From positions 1 through 33,820 of the IMG/VR virus record IMGVR_UViG_3300020409_000047: a stretch of 33,820 nucleotides of DNA. The stretch is one strand, 5' to 3'. Below the pieces are notes generated by a model. It was not told the origin of the DNA. It ran no database searches and saw only the letters and a program-made list of their open reading frames with translations. Each line of letters opens with the position of its first letter. The first letter of the stretch is position 1. The DNA comes from a virus (taxonomy: Duplodnaviria; Caudoviricetes). This document shows positions 25,398-33,820 of this stretch, piece by piece. Both the position numbers and the translations under genes were made by a program.

Positions 25398-26300
25398 ATG
25401 GCAAAGGTAAAAAAAGAAGCAGCTAAAGGTATATTAAGTTTTTTAAATAGACTTAGACCAAAACCTAAACCAAAAAAAAGAGGAAGACCTCCAAAAGAAA
25501 CGACTAAAGAAAGCGTTATACCAGAAGAATTTTCTGTTCCAATTCGTTTTGGTAGAGACATAACAGCAAAAAGTTTAAGAGCTCTTGGCGGTGGTAGTGC
25601 TGGGAAAGGAGCAATAAGAGCAGGTGTTTATGGCACAGGACTTGGTCTTGGAGCTAAAGCTTTGTTTGGTGATGATGAAGATTCAGAGCCTAAAAGACGT
25701 GTTATTACTCCTGAAGAATCAACAGAAATAGAAACCTCAGATAAACTAGGAGACATACTTAGAGAAAGAACTATGACTATAGCTGCTGAATCAGGCAGAG
25801 CAACACCTGTATTCTTTGACTATGTAAAAGCTTTTCCATCTAGTTATATGGAAAAGGTAGATAGAGATCCTGAGTTTGCAAAACAAATGATGGCAGGATT
25901 CTTAGCAATGATGAAACCTGTTGCTGGGCCTGTGCCTGTAAATCCATTTGTAGCTTTTGGTGAGGCTGCAATGGCAGAGGGAGTAAGACAGGAAGGCGAA
26001 ATACCAGATCAACTTAAACTAATAGAAACTATAAGCCAAGACCCAGAATTATTAAGAGCTTACAAAAGATTCCAAAGAGAATCCACACCAACTCCAATAA
26101 CTCAAAGACAGGCTGACGCTGCTGCAATAGAAAACATAGTAAAAGAAGAATTATATGGTAAAAAATATAAAGACAAAGATCAGGTGTTTAATATAGAAAC
26201 TGGTCTTCCAATGAGCTCGTCTGCTCTATTAGAACTGTATTATGATAGTGGTGAAAACTTAAGCGTATTGTTGGAAAAAGTTGCAGCCTCAGACGATTAA
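25398..26300 (+). CDS. Putative internal virion / ejection protein
   Basis: 300 aa with a basic KKRGRPPK segment and a Gly/Ala hydrophobic stretch. Lies within the ejection-gene run. Confidence 0.5.
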   Translation: MAKVKKEAAKGILSFLNRLRPKPKPKKRGRPPKETTKESVIPEEFSVPIRFGRDITAKSLRALGGGSAGKGAIRAGVYGTGLGLGAKALFGDDEDSEPKRRVITPEESTEIETSDKLGDILRERTMTIAAESGRATPVFFDYVKAFPSSYMEKVDRDPEFAKQMMAGFLAMMKPVAGPVPVNPFVAFGEAAMAEGVRQEGEIPDQLKLIETISQDPELLRAYKRFQRESTPTPITQRQADAAAIENIVKEELYGKKYKDKDQVFNIETGLPMSSSALLELYYDSGENLSVLLEKVAASDD

Positions 26301-26302
26301 TC

Positions 26303-29300
26303 ATGCCAACCATTAAGCTACCAGATGGCACAAATCTTTTTGTTCAAAGTAGCAATCCAGAAGATATAGAGATAGCTAAACAAAGATTTCAAAAAAGAAA
26401 AGCATCAGGAGGATCATCTGGTTCTCTTATAGGAGATATAGGTAGAGGCATAGGTGCTGGTGTTGTTTCTATACCACAAGGTATTGCTACCTTACCAACC
26501 ACAGGTATTGATCTGCTATTTGATACAAATGTTACAGAAGATGTAAACGCATTTTTTGAAGAGTTTAAACCTGAAGTCGATAGCACTGCTGGTAAAACAG
26601 CACAACTCATAACACAATTTGGTTTGCCGGGTTTGAGAGCAGCAAGTGCATTATCTAAATTAAGCAAAGGTAAACAGTTAGCTGGAGTTGCCGCAGTAGA
26701 CGCAGCAGTAGCAACAGATGATGTTGAAACATTTGCAGACATGATTTTTGATGATGAGTCAGATGAAGAAAGGTTGCAAAAGCTTGAGGGTAGAGACGCT
26801 GCTACTGAAAGATTAAAAGAAAGACTACAAGTTTTTGGAGAAACAGCAGCTTTTGTGTATGCTACTCCTAAAATTGTAGGTGGTGCTGTTAAAACAGCAG
26901 GTGCTGGATTAGATTTAGCCGCACCTTATTTAAGTGCTTTAGCAAAAGCCACTATAAAAGACGGTTCTGATGGTGTTGCTGCGGCAGCCAAAGCCGACAG
27001 AGGTATAAGAGATTTTTTAAGAAAAAACTTTACTTACGGTGGTACTTTTGAACAGACTGCAAAAAACAATAAAGTCATAGCAGACGCTATGCAAGCCAAA
27101 ATGTTATATGCCTCTACTCTTGAAAGAGAGGTTATTGATAACATGGAAAAGATCAGAAAAACAATGGAAGACGCATCTACAATCGGTGGCAAACTAACAG
27201 ATAAAGATGCCTTAGAACTTACCAAAGCCATATCAGCGTATCGAACACCTTTGTTAGTCGTAGAAAGACAGTACCCAAATTTAAAAAGCGGTGCAAAGAA
27301 AAAAGCAATAATGAAAAGAATTAGAGAGGACGCACTTAAAAAAATAAAAAGCTTTGAAGGATCAGGAAATAAAATAGATTACGAAAGTTTGGGTGTTAAT
27401 ACTAATAACCATATATCTAAATTATTAGAAGAAAACAATGGCTTATTTAGACAAGAACAACAAATGATGTTAGAACTCAGCGATCCTAAAGCAGCTGTAA
27501 CTTCTTTACTAATACCAAAACAATTTAGAAAAGCTATAGAGGATAACATTGGATATTACGGAACAACTATATACAGATCAATTCTTGAAAAAGGTTATGA
27601 AGTTCCTAAACAATTAAAAGATAAAGCTGTAAAGCAAATAAAAGAAGCTTTTAAAACAGATGACAATACTGCAAGAGATATATTTTCAAAATTAATTAAA
27701 GGATCTCAAGGTGGACAAAAATATGAAACACCTGAAATGTTTGTAGAAAATATTAAGTTTGGATTATTACAAGGCAAAGACTTAAAAAACTTACCTGCCG
27801 TTAGAGAGGCTATGGGTGAGGTTACACCTTTAAGTTATAAAAATCCTAGTGATTGGAGAAAAGCTTTGAAAGACGAAGCAACTGCAACAGCAGCTACCAT
27901 GTCCAAACTAGGTTCTCTTGTTGGTAGTTCTAAAACTTTTGCTACTATAAGACAGTTAAACGATGATGCAATTAGACTAGGATCAACTCCATTTTTAAAA
28001 ACTGCTAATGATTTTGGAGGACAACTTCCAAGAGAAGCAAAAAAAATAGACCCCAAAACAGGTAAGCCAGAAACATATAAATCAGGGCCTTTAAAAGGTG
28101 AAGAAAAACCTGCACCAGTTAAACAAACTCTTTTTCTTGATGATGCTGACGGCAATCCAGTTGAGTATGTAAAGTTTGGCAAAGAGTCAGGTGCATTAAT
28201 GGACACCTATGCACCTAGAGTTTTCTTTGATGCAGTTACAGGAGCACAAAAAGATTTTATATCTGTAATGCCAGTGCCAATTAAAAAACTATATCAAGGA
28301 TTATTAGGACTAAAATCTTTTGCACAATACGGTAAAACAATACTAGGGCCAACAGCACAAATAAGAAACAACACCAGTGTGCCTTTCATGGCACTTATGA
28401 ATGCTAACCTTGGTCCGTCTGGTAATTTTATGAACAACTTTAAAATGGCTTTTGCTGGTGCTCTTGATCCAAGACAAAAAACTAAATTTACAAAAGAAGT
28501 TAAAGAAGCATCAGAGTACGGTCTTATGGTGGGCAGAGGTACTCAGTTGCAAGAGATAGCTGATGTTGCTACTTTTGCTACTGATGATAGTTCTTTGTTG
28601 TTAAAACTTAAATCAACTGGTGTTGGAGATACAATCAACAGGATAAAAGGTGTACCAGAAAAAATATATACAGGATCAGATAACGCAGCCAGGTTAATAA
28701 ATTGGAGTGGTGAGCAATCTAAACTAACCAAAGTAATAGCTAAATCATCTGATGATTCTATGATGCCTGTAGCTTCTGCTAGAAATATGACTGACTCAGA
28801 CATAGCAAAACTAATTACGGTAGACAAAGACATGGGTGCTGTAGTAAATGTAGGTCAATTAAAAAGAGCAGGTGACAAAGTTTTAGATAAATTTATAAAA
28901 GGAGAGGCAGCTGACATAGCTTTAAATGTGACTCCTACTTATTCAAGAGTTCCTAGAATAATAAAAGAATTAAAATACTTACCAGTAATAGGTAACTTTA
29001 CAGCTTTCCCTGCTGAAATAATAAGGAACACTGGCAATACTTTAACAAGAGCCATAAAAGAATTAGCTAGTAATAATACTGAACTACAAAAGATAGGAGC
29101 TAGAAGAATAGCAGGTGGTTTAACTGCAACTGTTGGTGTGCCCTCTGCACTTACAGCTACAGCGTTAGCATTGACAGGTGCAGAACAAGAACAAGTAGAC
29201 GCATACAAAAGATCATTTGCTGCACCTTGGGAAAAAACTGCAACCATGGTACCAACAGGCACAGACTCCAAAGGTAATATAACTGGTTTTTATAATTTTA

Positions 29301-30265
29301 GTTACACCAATCCTTATGACTTTTTGCAAAGACCATTTAAAGCAGTATCCAACGCTGTAGCTAATGGCAATACAAATGAGGCTAGTTTAATGAACATAGC
29401 TGGTAATGCTATGTTTGATTCAGTGGGAGAGTTTGTAGATCCATTTTTATCAGGAAGCATAGGTGCGGCAGCACTTCAAGAAGCTTATCAAGGTAAGACT
29501 GCTACAGGAAAAGTTATATGGAACGAATCGGATATGTTAGGAGAAAAATCTTACAAAGGAATGTTACATGCTTTAAATGCAGTGGCACCTACTGCTACTC
29601 CATTTAGAATAGAAGTGGATGCAGAGGGAACTCAAATAGTTCCTAAAGATTTTACAACTGCGGCAGCGTCTTTGTTTACAGGAGAAGATGCTACGATCAG
29701 CCCTAGGGGTAAAGAGATAGATGTAGCAGAAACTTTAGTATCTGCTTTTTCTGGTATTAAAATAGCAAAACCACAAATACAAAGATCGTTATATTACAAA
29801 GCAGCAGAATCTAAACGAGCTATTAGGGAAACAACCAATGAATTTAATAGATTGCTTAGATCAAACAACAGAAGAGACGCAGAAGATTTTGTTAAAGGAT
29901 ATATTAATACTAACGAAAGTAGATATAACTCATTAAGAACTCTTTACACAGCCATAGAAGATGCAAGAACTCTAGGCTTGGCTGACTACGAAATAGATGA
30001 ACAATTAAAAATTGCAAAAGTTGCAAACAGAGATTTGGTTATGTTAGGTATATTTAAACCTAGCGAGATTAATCCAGATGTGCTTCAGTTTGCTATACAA
30101 GGCACAAAAACTAAATCACCACAACCTGTTCCTGTTGGTGAATTAGCCGTAACTGGTGCAGATCTAACCGGGCAATCTTTAAGAGGTCAATTTATACCAC
30201 CACAAACTAGAGCATCTAGTGTGCTAAGACAAGAAGAAATAGATAAGTTATTTGGTGGCACCTAA
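26303..30265 (+). CDS. Large internal virion / DNA ejection protein
   Basis: 1320 aa, mostly helical, with Gly/Ala-rich membrane-interacting segments. Last gene of the late operon, the usual position for large podovirus ejection proteins. Confidence 0.65.
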   Translation: MPTIKLPDGTNLFVQSSNPEDIEIAKQRFQKRKASGGSSGSLIGDIGRGIGAGVVSIPQGIATLPTTGIDLLFDTNVTEDVNAFFEEFKPEVDSTAGKTAQLITQFGLPGLRAASALSKLSKGKQLAGVAAVDAAVATDDVETFADMIFDDESDEERLQKLEGRDAATERLKERLQVFGETAAFVYATPKIVGGAVKTAGAGLDLAAPYLSALAKATIKDGSDGVAAAAKADRGIRDFLRKNFTYGGTFEQTAKNNKVIADAMQAKMLYASTLEREVIDNMEKIRKTMEDASTIGGKLTDKDALELTKAISAYRTPLLVVERQYPNLKSGAKKKAIMKRIREDALKKIKSFEGSGNKIDYESLGVNTNNHISKLLEENNGLFRQEQQMMLELSDPKAAVTSLLIPKQFRKAIEDNIGYYGTTIYRSILEKGYEVPKQLKDKAVKQIKEAFKTDDNTARDIFSKLIKGSQGGQKYETPEMFVENIKFGLLQGKDLKNLPAVREAMGEVTPLSYKNPSDWRKALKDEATATAATMSKLGSLVGSSKTFATIRQLNDDAIRLGSTPFLKTANDFGGQLPREAKKIDPKTGKPETYKSGPLKGEEKPAPVKQTLFLDDADGNPVEYVKFGKESGALMDTYAPRVFFDAVTGAQKDFISVMPVPIKKLYQGLLGLKSFAQYGKTILGPTAQIRNNTSVPFMALMNANLGPSGNFMNNFKMAFAGALDPRQKTKFTKEVKEASEYGLMVGRGTQLQEIADVATFATDDSSLLLKLKSTGVGDTINRIKGVPEKIYTGSDNAARLINWSGEQSKLTKVIAKSSDDSMMPVASARNMTDSDIAKLITVDKDMGAVVNVGQLKRAGDKVLDKFIKGEAADIALNVTPTYSRVPRIIKELKYLPVIGNFTAFPAEIIRNTGNTLTRAIKELASNNTELQKIGARRIAGGLTATVGVPSALTATALALTGAEQEQVDAYKRSFAAPWEKTATMVPTGTDSKGNITGFYNFSYTNPYDFLQRPFKAVSNAVANGNTNEASLMNIAGNAMFDSVGEFVDPFLSGSIGAAALQEAYQGKTATGKVIWNESDMLGEKSYKGMLHALNAVAPTATPFRIEVDAEGTQIVPKDFTTAAASLFTGEDATISPRGKEIDVAETLVSAFSGIKIAKPQIQRSLYYKAAESKRAIRETTNEFNRLLRSNNRRDAEDFVKGYINTNESRYNSLRTLYTAIEDARTLGLADYEIDEQLKIAKVANRDLVMLGIFKPSEINPDVLQFAIQGTKTKSPQPVPVGELAVTGADLTGQSLRGQFIPPQTRASSVLRQEEIDKLFGGT

Positions 30266-31341
30266 AAAGGCACGCCTGTTTCAACCCAAGGCCTTATACT
30301 AGATATTGTTCCGTTCAAAAGCTTTCTAACATTCTCACACTGAACGATCAGTTCTTTTGGAAAGTTGCTGTTGACTATCTCTATCAGCTCCTCACTAGAA
30401 TAAAAGTTATCTCCTGTAGATTGTTTGTCTTTGGCTACATTAACAAACCTAAAGTCATCTTTCTCATAGACTACAAAGGTATCATCAACTTGTAATACTT
30501 TAGCTGGTATTAGTTCAGGTATGTAGTTGTGATCTGCACAGCCTGTGACTTGTTTTTCTTTGCTTATCACTTTGTTCCACGTAGAACAAATCCACTCACC
30601 TGTTTCAATATCTGGATTAGAAAAACGACAAGACCTACAGTGTAGTTTTTCAGGCAAAGACCTACCAAGATATGCGGCCTGTTGTTTCTTTGACATGTAA
30701 CTGCGTATTCTGTAGTCAGTCAATGGTATGTTATTTTCTGGTGGTGTCTTAGTTTTTAATATGTTTTCAGCTTTGTCCATAAACATTTCAAACTTTAAGT
30801 AATCAAAGTCTATGATCTCTGTGTATAGAGCAGAGTTGTTCTTGTTATAAACAATAGCTATGCAGTGATCTAATTTAAACAAGCCCATATACAAATGGAT
30901 TTGTGCGTCATATTCCTCTGACCAATTACAATAGCTACCTAGTTTTTCTAGCTTGTTAAAACGATTGTCGTTAGCTGTCTTGAACTCTAGTAAGTATGGC
31001 TTGTTTGGTTTAAGTCCAGGCAAGTTCTTAGCAACACCGTCTATGTGTCCTTTCAAATGGCCACCAAATGCTTTGGTTTCAAACTGTCTGCCGTCCTTTC
31101 TTACATCGTAGATAGTTGCACCCGGTATCTTGCGTAGCTTTTCGATCAAGTGATCTTCTACTACATTACCTAAGTCTAGCAACCTAAGAACTCTTGGCTC
31201 CCATTCATCAGGCATGAGCCAGCGGTATCGCATCCAAAGGAGCCTTTGATTAGGATTACCGATACCACTGATGCCCAAATAAAATCTTCGTGGTTGTTTA
31301 TTGTTTGTTTCTACTTCATCAAGTAGATGATTGATTGTCAT
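30262..31341 (-). CDS. Cas4-like PD-(D/E)XK exonuclease; start revised to ATG 31341
   Basis: YLGISGIG, LGNVVE, GHIDG, LLEFKT, YDAQIHLYMG and C-terminal CRSC..C..C. ATGA overlap with the upstream gene. Confidence 0.85.
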   Translation of the reverse strand: MTINHLLDEVETNNKQPRRFYLGISGIGNPNQRLLWMRYRWLMPDEWEPRVLRLLDLGNVVEDHLIEKLRKIPGATIYDVRKDGRQFETKAFGGHLKGHIDGVAKNLPGLKPNKPYLLEFKTANDNRFNKLEKLGSYCNWSEEYDAQIHLYMGLFKLDHCIAIVYNKNNSALYTEIIDFDYLKFEMFMDKAENILKTKTPPENNIPLTDYRIRSYMSKKQQAAYLGRSLPEKLHCRSCRFSNPDIETGEWICSTWNKVISKEKQVTGCADHNYIPELIPAKVLQVDDTFVVYEKDDFRFVNVAKDKQSTGDNFYSSEELIEIVNSNFPKELIVQCENVRKLLNGTISSIRPWVETGVPF

Positions 31342-31565
31342 TCTGTTCTCCATATTCTTGCTTTCCAGTTTTTATCATCATTACAAATGGTTCTAGCTGT
31401 AATTTTAAAATGATAACTTAAAAAATTTCTTATTTGATGATAGTGTTTTTTGTTATTTGTAATAATAGAATCTCCAACTTCCATTTCTTTTAAATAACCC
31501 CATTTACCAGACCCAAAAGAGTTTGGCAACGGTATATTTTTTTCAATAACAGGTTTATCTGTCAT
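31338..31565 (-). CDS. Small putative DNA-binding protein
   Basis: 75 aa with IEKNIPLP..KW..LKEMEVGDS..RIWR. Preceded by the GGAGAAACAAA RBS motif. Confidence 0.65.
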   Translation of the reverse strand: MTDKPVIEKNIPLPNSFGSGKWGYLKEMEVGDSIITNNKKHYHQIRNFLSYHFKITARTICNDDKNWKARIWRTE

Positions 31566-32044
31566 TTTGTTTCTCCAGGTTGGTATTCTTCTGCTTCTTT
31601 AATCTGTTCTTTTATTGCTTTAATTTTATTGTGCATTTTATAAAAATTAGCATCTTGTGGCACAACTTTTAAAACAGTAAAATCACGCAAAACTTTTGGT
31701 AAAATATCCAAAGCTTTTGCTAAACCAACTCTACTAAAAAAGTAATTTTTTATAAGATGGTCAATATCTTTACGCATCTTTATCATTTCAACTTCTTTAA
31801 AATTATTTTGTTTCTCCAATATTTTTTCTCGCATTTGACTAAGATGAAATGTATTCTTATGTTTTAATAGTTCTTCGTGATGACAATTTATAAGTTGTTT
31901 TATTACCTCAGAACTTGTTACTTTTAAGTTAGACTCTTGCGAATAAAATGATAAAATTTCTTTAAAATTTTTTTTTGTTTTTGAACTAACTCTTACACTC
32001 AAGGTTTCTGTGCAATCACTTTTTTTTGTAAAATTAAATTTCAT
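31562..32044 (-). CDS. Putative two-module DNA-binding protein (RHH-like plus HTH-like); start revised to ATG 32044
   Basis: TLSVRVS..TKKNF..SSEVIKQLI is ribbon-helix-helix-like and SRVGLAKALDILPKVL is HTH-like. The RBS motif precedes ATG 32044. Confidence 0.55.
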   Translation of the reverse strand: MKFNFTKKSDCTETLSVRVSSKTKKNFKEILSFYSQESNLKVTSSEVIKQLINCHHEELLKHKNTFHLSQMREKILEKQNNFKEVEMIKMRKDIDHLIKNYFFSRVGLAKALDILPKVLRDFTVLKVVPQDANFYKMHNKIKAIKEQIKEAEEYQPGETK

Positions 32045-32258
32045 TTTGTTTCTCCAATATTTTTTCATATAAATTATTTACAAAGGGTGTAATTACCATA
32101 TATGCAGGTAATTTTAATTCTTGTTTTATAAAAGCTAATTTTTTTTGTAAATCTTTTGTCATTCTAAAAGACCCTCTATATCCATCGCACCATCTAGGCA
32201 TTTTTGAAGCATCATAACCAGTCAATTCTCTATAAAGATCAAATTTTTTATTTGTCAT
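32034..32258 (-). CDS. Small hypothetical protein, possibly RHH-like; start revised to ATG 32258
   Basis: 74 aa with SFRMTKDLQKKLAFIK. GGAGAAACAAA precedes the ATG. Confidence 0.55.
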   Translation of the reverse strand: MTNKKFDLYRELTGYDASKMPRWCDGYRGSFRMTKDLQKKLAFIKQELKLPAYMVITPFVNNLYEKILEKQNEI

Positions 32259-32406
32259 TTTGTTTCTCCTGATGTTGGAATTGTTCCTCACGTTTTATTG
32301 CGTCTTCATACCATTTTATATGTTGTTTGTATGCTGAAGCTGGCACACGTTTTTTGTATGCTTTGATACAACGCTGGTAGTATTCAATCTTTTCTTGTCT
32401 GTTCAT
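32248..32406 (-). CDS. 52-aa hypothetical protein (below the ORF-track cutoff)
   Basis: Read by hand as MNRQEKIEYYQRCIKAYKKRVPASAYKQHIKWYEDAIKREEQFQHQEKQNDK. ATGA overlap with the helicase stop. Confidence 0.6.
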   Translation of the reverse strand: MNRQEKIEYYQRCIKAYKKRVPASAYKQHIKWYEDAIKREEQFQHQEKQNDK

Positions 32407-33820
32407 AACATTATCTCTTTATTTTGTTTTGTTTTGATCCCTATAACATTCTCATACTTGCCCTGCTTTTGTAAGACAATCTCTGATATGTTTTCAAAGG
32501 CACCACTATTAATTAATTCAGCAGCCATCCATGGTTGCTCAGGAGCACCCCACTTCTCTGCTATCTTCTTCCATCTACGAACAGCCATGTGGTGTGCCTT
32601 AGGATGTCCGAACATTAACGGCATTTTCTTTGGAAAGAACTCATCCTTAACTGTAAAAATCACCTGACAATACTCACTACCGTTCATGGATTTGGTTACG
32701 GTTGCATAGATGTCAGTGACAGGTTTGTATCTTGGTTTGGTTTTCTTTCTCTCATCAGATAAGACAGCTTGCCTTTCTGCTTTAGTTCTTCTAGCAACCT
32801 CTTTTTCTTTTTTGGTTTGTAGTTCTTGAAACTTTTTAGATCCCTCAAACTCTTGTCCACACTCCACACATTTTCTAGCAGACGGTATGTTGATCGCATT
32901 ACAACTAGCACATATCTTAGGATGGTATCTGCCCGGTGCTGTACGATCTGGTTGCACTTCATCAAGACAGCCATGCCTAGCTACATTCTCACCGTAGTCT
33001 AGTAGCAAACAGTTTTCTTTATCGTCATGCAGTCTCATACCTCTACCACACATTTGCACAAACAAGCCAACGCTTTGTGTTGGTCTGAGTAAAGCTATGC
33101 AGTCTGCTCTTGGAGCGTCCCAACCCTCAGTCAATACACCTACATTACATATAGCATGGATCAAACCGTTATTAAATTTTTCTAGTATGTCTTCTCGTTT
33201 TTCTTTTGGAGTTTCACCTGTCACACACTCAGCCATAATCCCATAGTTTTTTAAGCACTGAGTCATCTTCTCTGCGTGTAGCACTGACACACAAAAGAAC
33301 ACTGTAGCTGTTCTGCCTTTGGTGTAGGCGTTGTCAATCCAATCATTTATAACTTGTAAGATCGTATCATCCACCATAGCTATTTTTTCTAGCTCACTTT
33401 CCTTGAAGTCTCCGTTCTTAAACTTTAGTGCTACAGCTCCTGCATCAATGACAGCGTTATCATTTACAGCATAAGCAGATAGCCTGGATAAGAAACCATT
33501 ACGGATCAGTTCAGGTATTGATACTGAATAAGCCAAGCCTTTGAAGAAATGATCTTTACGGTTGCCATAGATATAACCTTGTCCCATACGATATGGTGTT
33601 GCAGTGCAACCCATAACACGCATAGGCTTTCTATCAGACAAAGTGGTTATAATTTTTTTGTATCTAGTATGTGAACTTGGTGGCACATTATGTGCTTCAT
33701 CTATAATCATGTAATCAAAACTACCTACAGCCTCTAATCTTTTGGGCGATGCCAAAGTATCACGACTGGCTATAAGTATTTGTGAGTCTATCTCAAAGCG
33801 TTTCATACCTGCCGCCAACA
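32403..33820 (-). CDS. SF2 DEAH helicase with C-terminal Zn finger (RadD/YejH-like), 5' end outside the window
   Basis: IIDEAH, GCTATPYR, VFFCVSVLHA, VLTEGWD, QMCGRGMR and CASC..CVEC motifs. Walker A is missing because the gene continues past the edge. Confidence 0.92.
   Translation of the reverse strand, partial: LAAGMKRFEIDSQILIASRDTLASPKRLEAVGSFDYMIIDEAHNVPPSSHTRYKKIITTLSDRKPMRVMGCTATPYRMGQGYIYGNRKDHFFKGLAYSVSIPELIRNGFLSRLSAYAVNDNAVIDAGAVALKFKNGDFKESELEKIAMVDDTILQVINDWIDNAYTKGRTATVFFCVSVLHAEKMTQCLKNYGIMAECVTGETPKEKREDILEKFNNGLIHAICNVGVLTEGWDAPRADCIALLRPTQSVGLFVQMCGRGMRLHDDKENCLLLDYGENVARHGCLDEVQPDRTAPGRYHPKICASCNAINIPSARKCVECGQEFEGSKKFQELQTKKEKEVARRTKAERQAVLSDERKKTKPRYKPVTDIYATVTKSMNGSEYCQVIFTVKDEFFPKKMPLMFGHPKAHHMAVRRWKKIAEKWGAPEQPWMAAELINSGAFENISEIVLQKQGKYENVIGIKTKQNKEIML

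Larger units (their letters stand above)
31561..32269 (-). repeat. Dispersed repeat GGAGAAACAAAAT (4 copies)
   Basis: Copies at about 31561-31576, 31805-31828, 32043-32066 and 32254-32269. The two middle copies share 24 identical bp (ATTTTGTTTCTCCAATATTTTTTC on +). Confidence 0.85.

Noticed and set aside
235-29271. Numerous minus-strand ORFs under the late genes (e.g. 235-516, 3970-4326, 21172-21513, 27835-28206, 28939-29271)
   Set aside because: They lie antisense to well-supported genes, show no recognisable motifs and read like codon-bias shadows.
30240-30290. Bidirectional terminator at the convergence of the two arms
   Set aside because: The two stop codons overlap (30262-30265), and there is no convincing hairpin with T tracts.
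30262-31341. Cas4-like nuclease as a sign of a CRISPR system
   Set aside because: There are no repeat-spacer arrays or other cas genes. Stand-alone Cas4-like exonucleases beside SF2 helicases are ordinary phage replication/recombination genes.
33816-33818. TTG start assigned to the helicase by the ORF track
   Set aside because: The protein lacks Walker A, so the real start lies beyond the window.

Overview
This window is part of an AT-rich tailed dsDNA phage genome with podovirus-like architecture, resembling uncultured marine phages of small proteobacteria. The host and taxon cannot be assigned from sequence alone. From 1 to 30265 a tightly packed plus-strand late region contains, in order: (1) two small structural genes; (2) a run of very basic micro-proteins; (3) head-tail adaptor and fibre-like genes; (4) a cassette of one sulfotransferase and four 2OG-Fe(II) oxygenases; (5) a thermonuclease; (6) a five-gene overlapping module of CsgF, CsgG, a curlin-like repeat protein, a FecR-domain protein and a CHASE2 adenylate cyclase; (7) holin(s) and a GH24 endolysin; (8) a tail nozzle; (9) internal virion/DNA-ejection proteins. 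From 30262 to 33820 a convergent minus-strand arm encodes a Cas4-like PD-(D/E)XK nuclease, four small genes linked by a repeated RBS/start motif, and an SF2 helicase cut by the window edge. The best candidate for a new system is the curli-secretion plus FecR plus CHASE2-cyclase module, which sits behind its own promoter-like sequence and directly upstream of the lysis genes. Other items of interest are a pseudoknot-like leader at 43-103, a hydrophobic-x-x-G-G motif shared by basic and ejection proteins, and the repeat-bounded gene cassettes at 31339-32406. All calls come from reading motifs by eye; no database searches were run.
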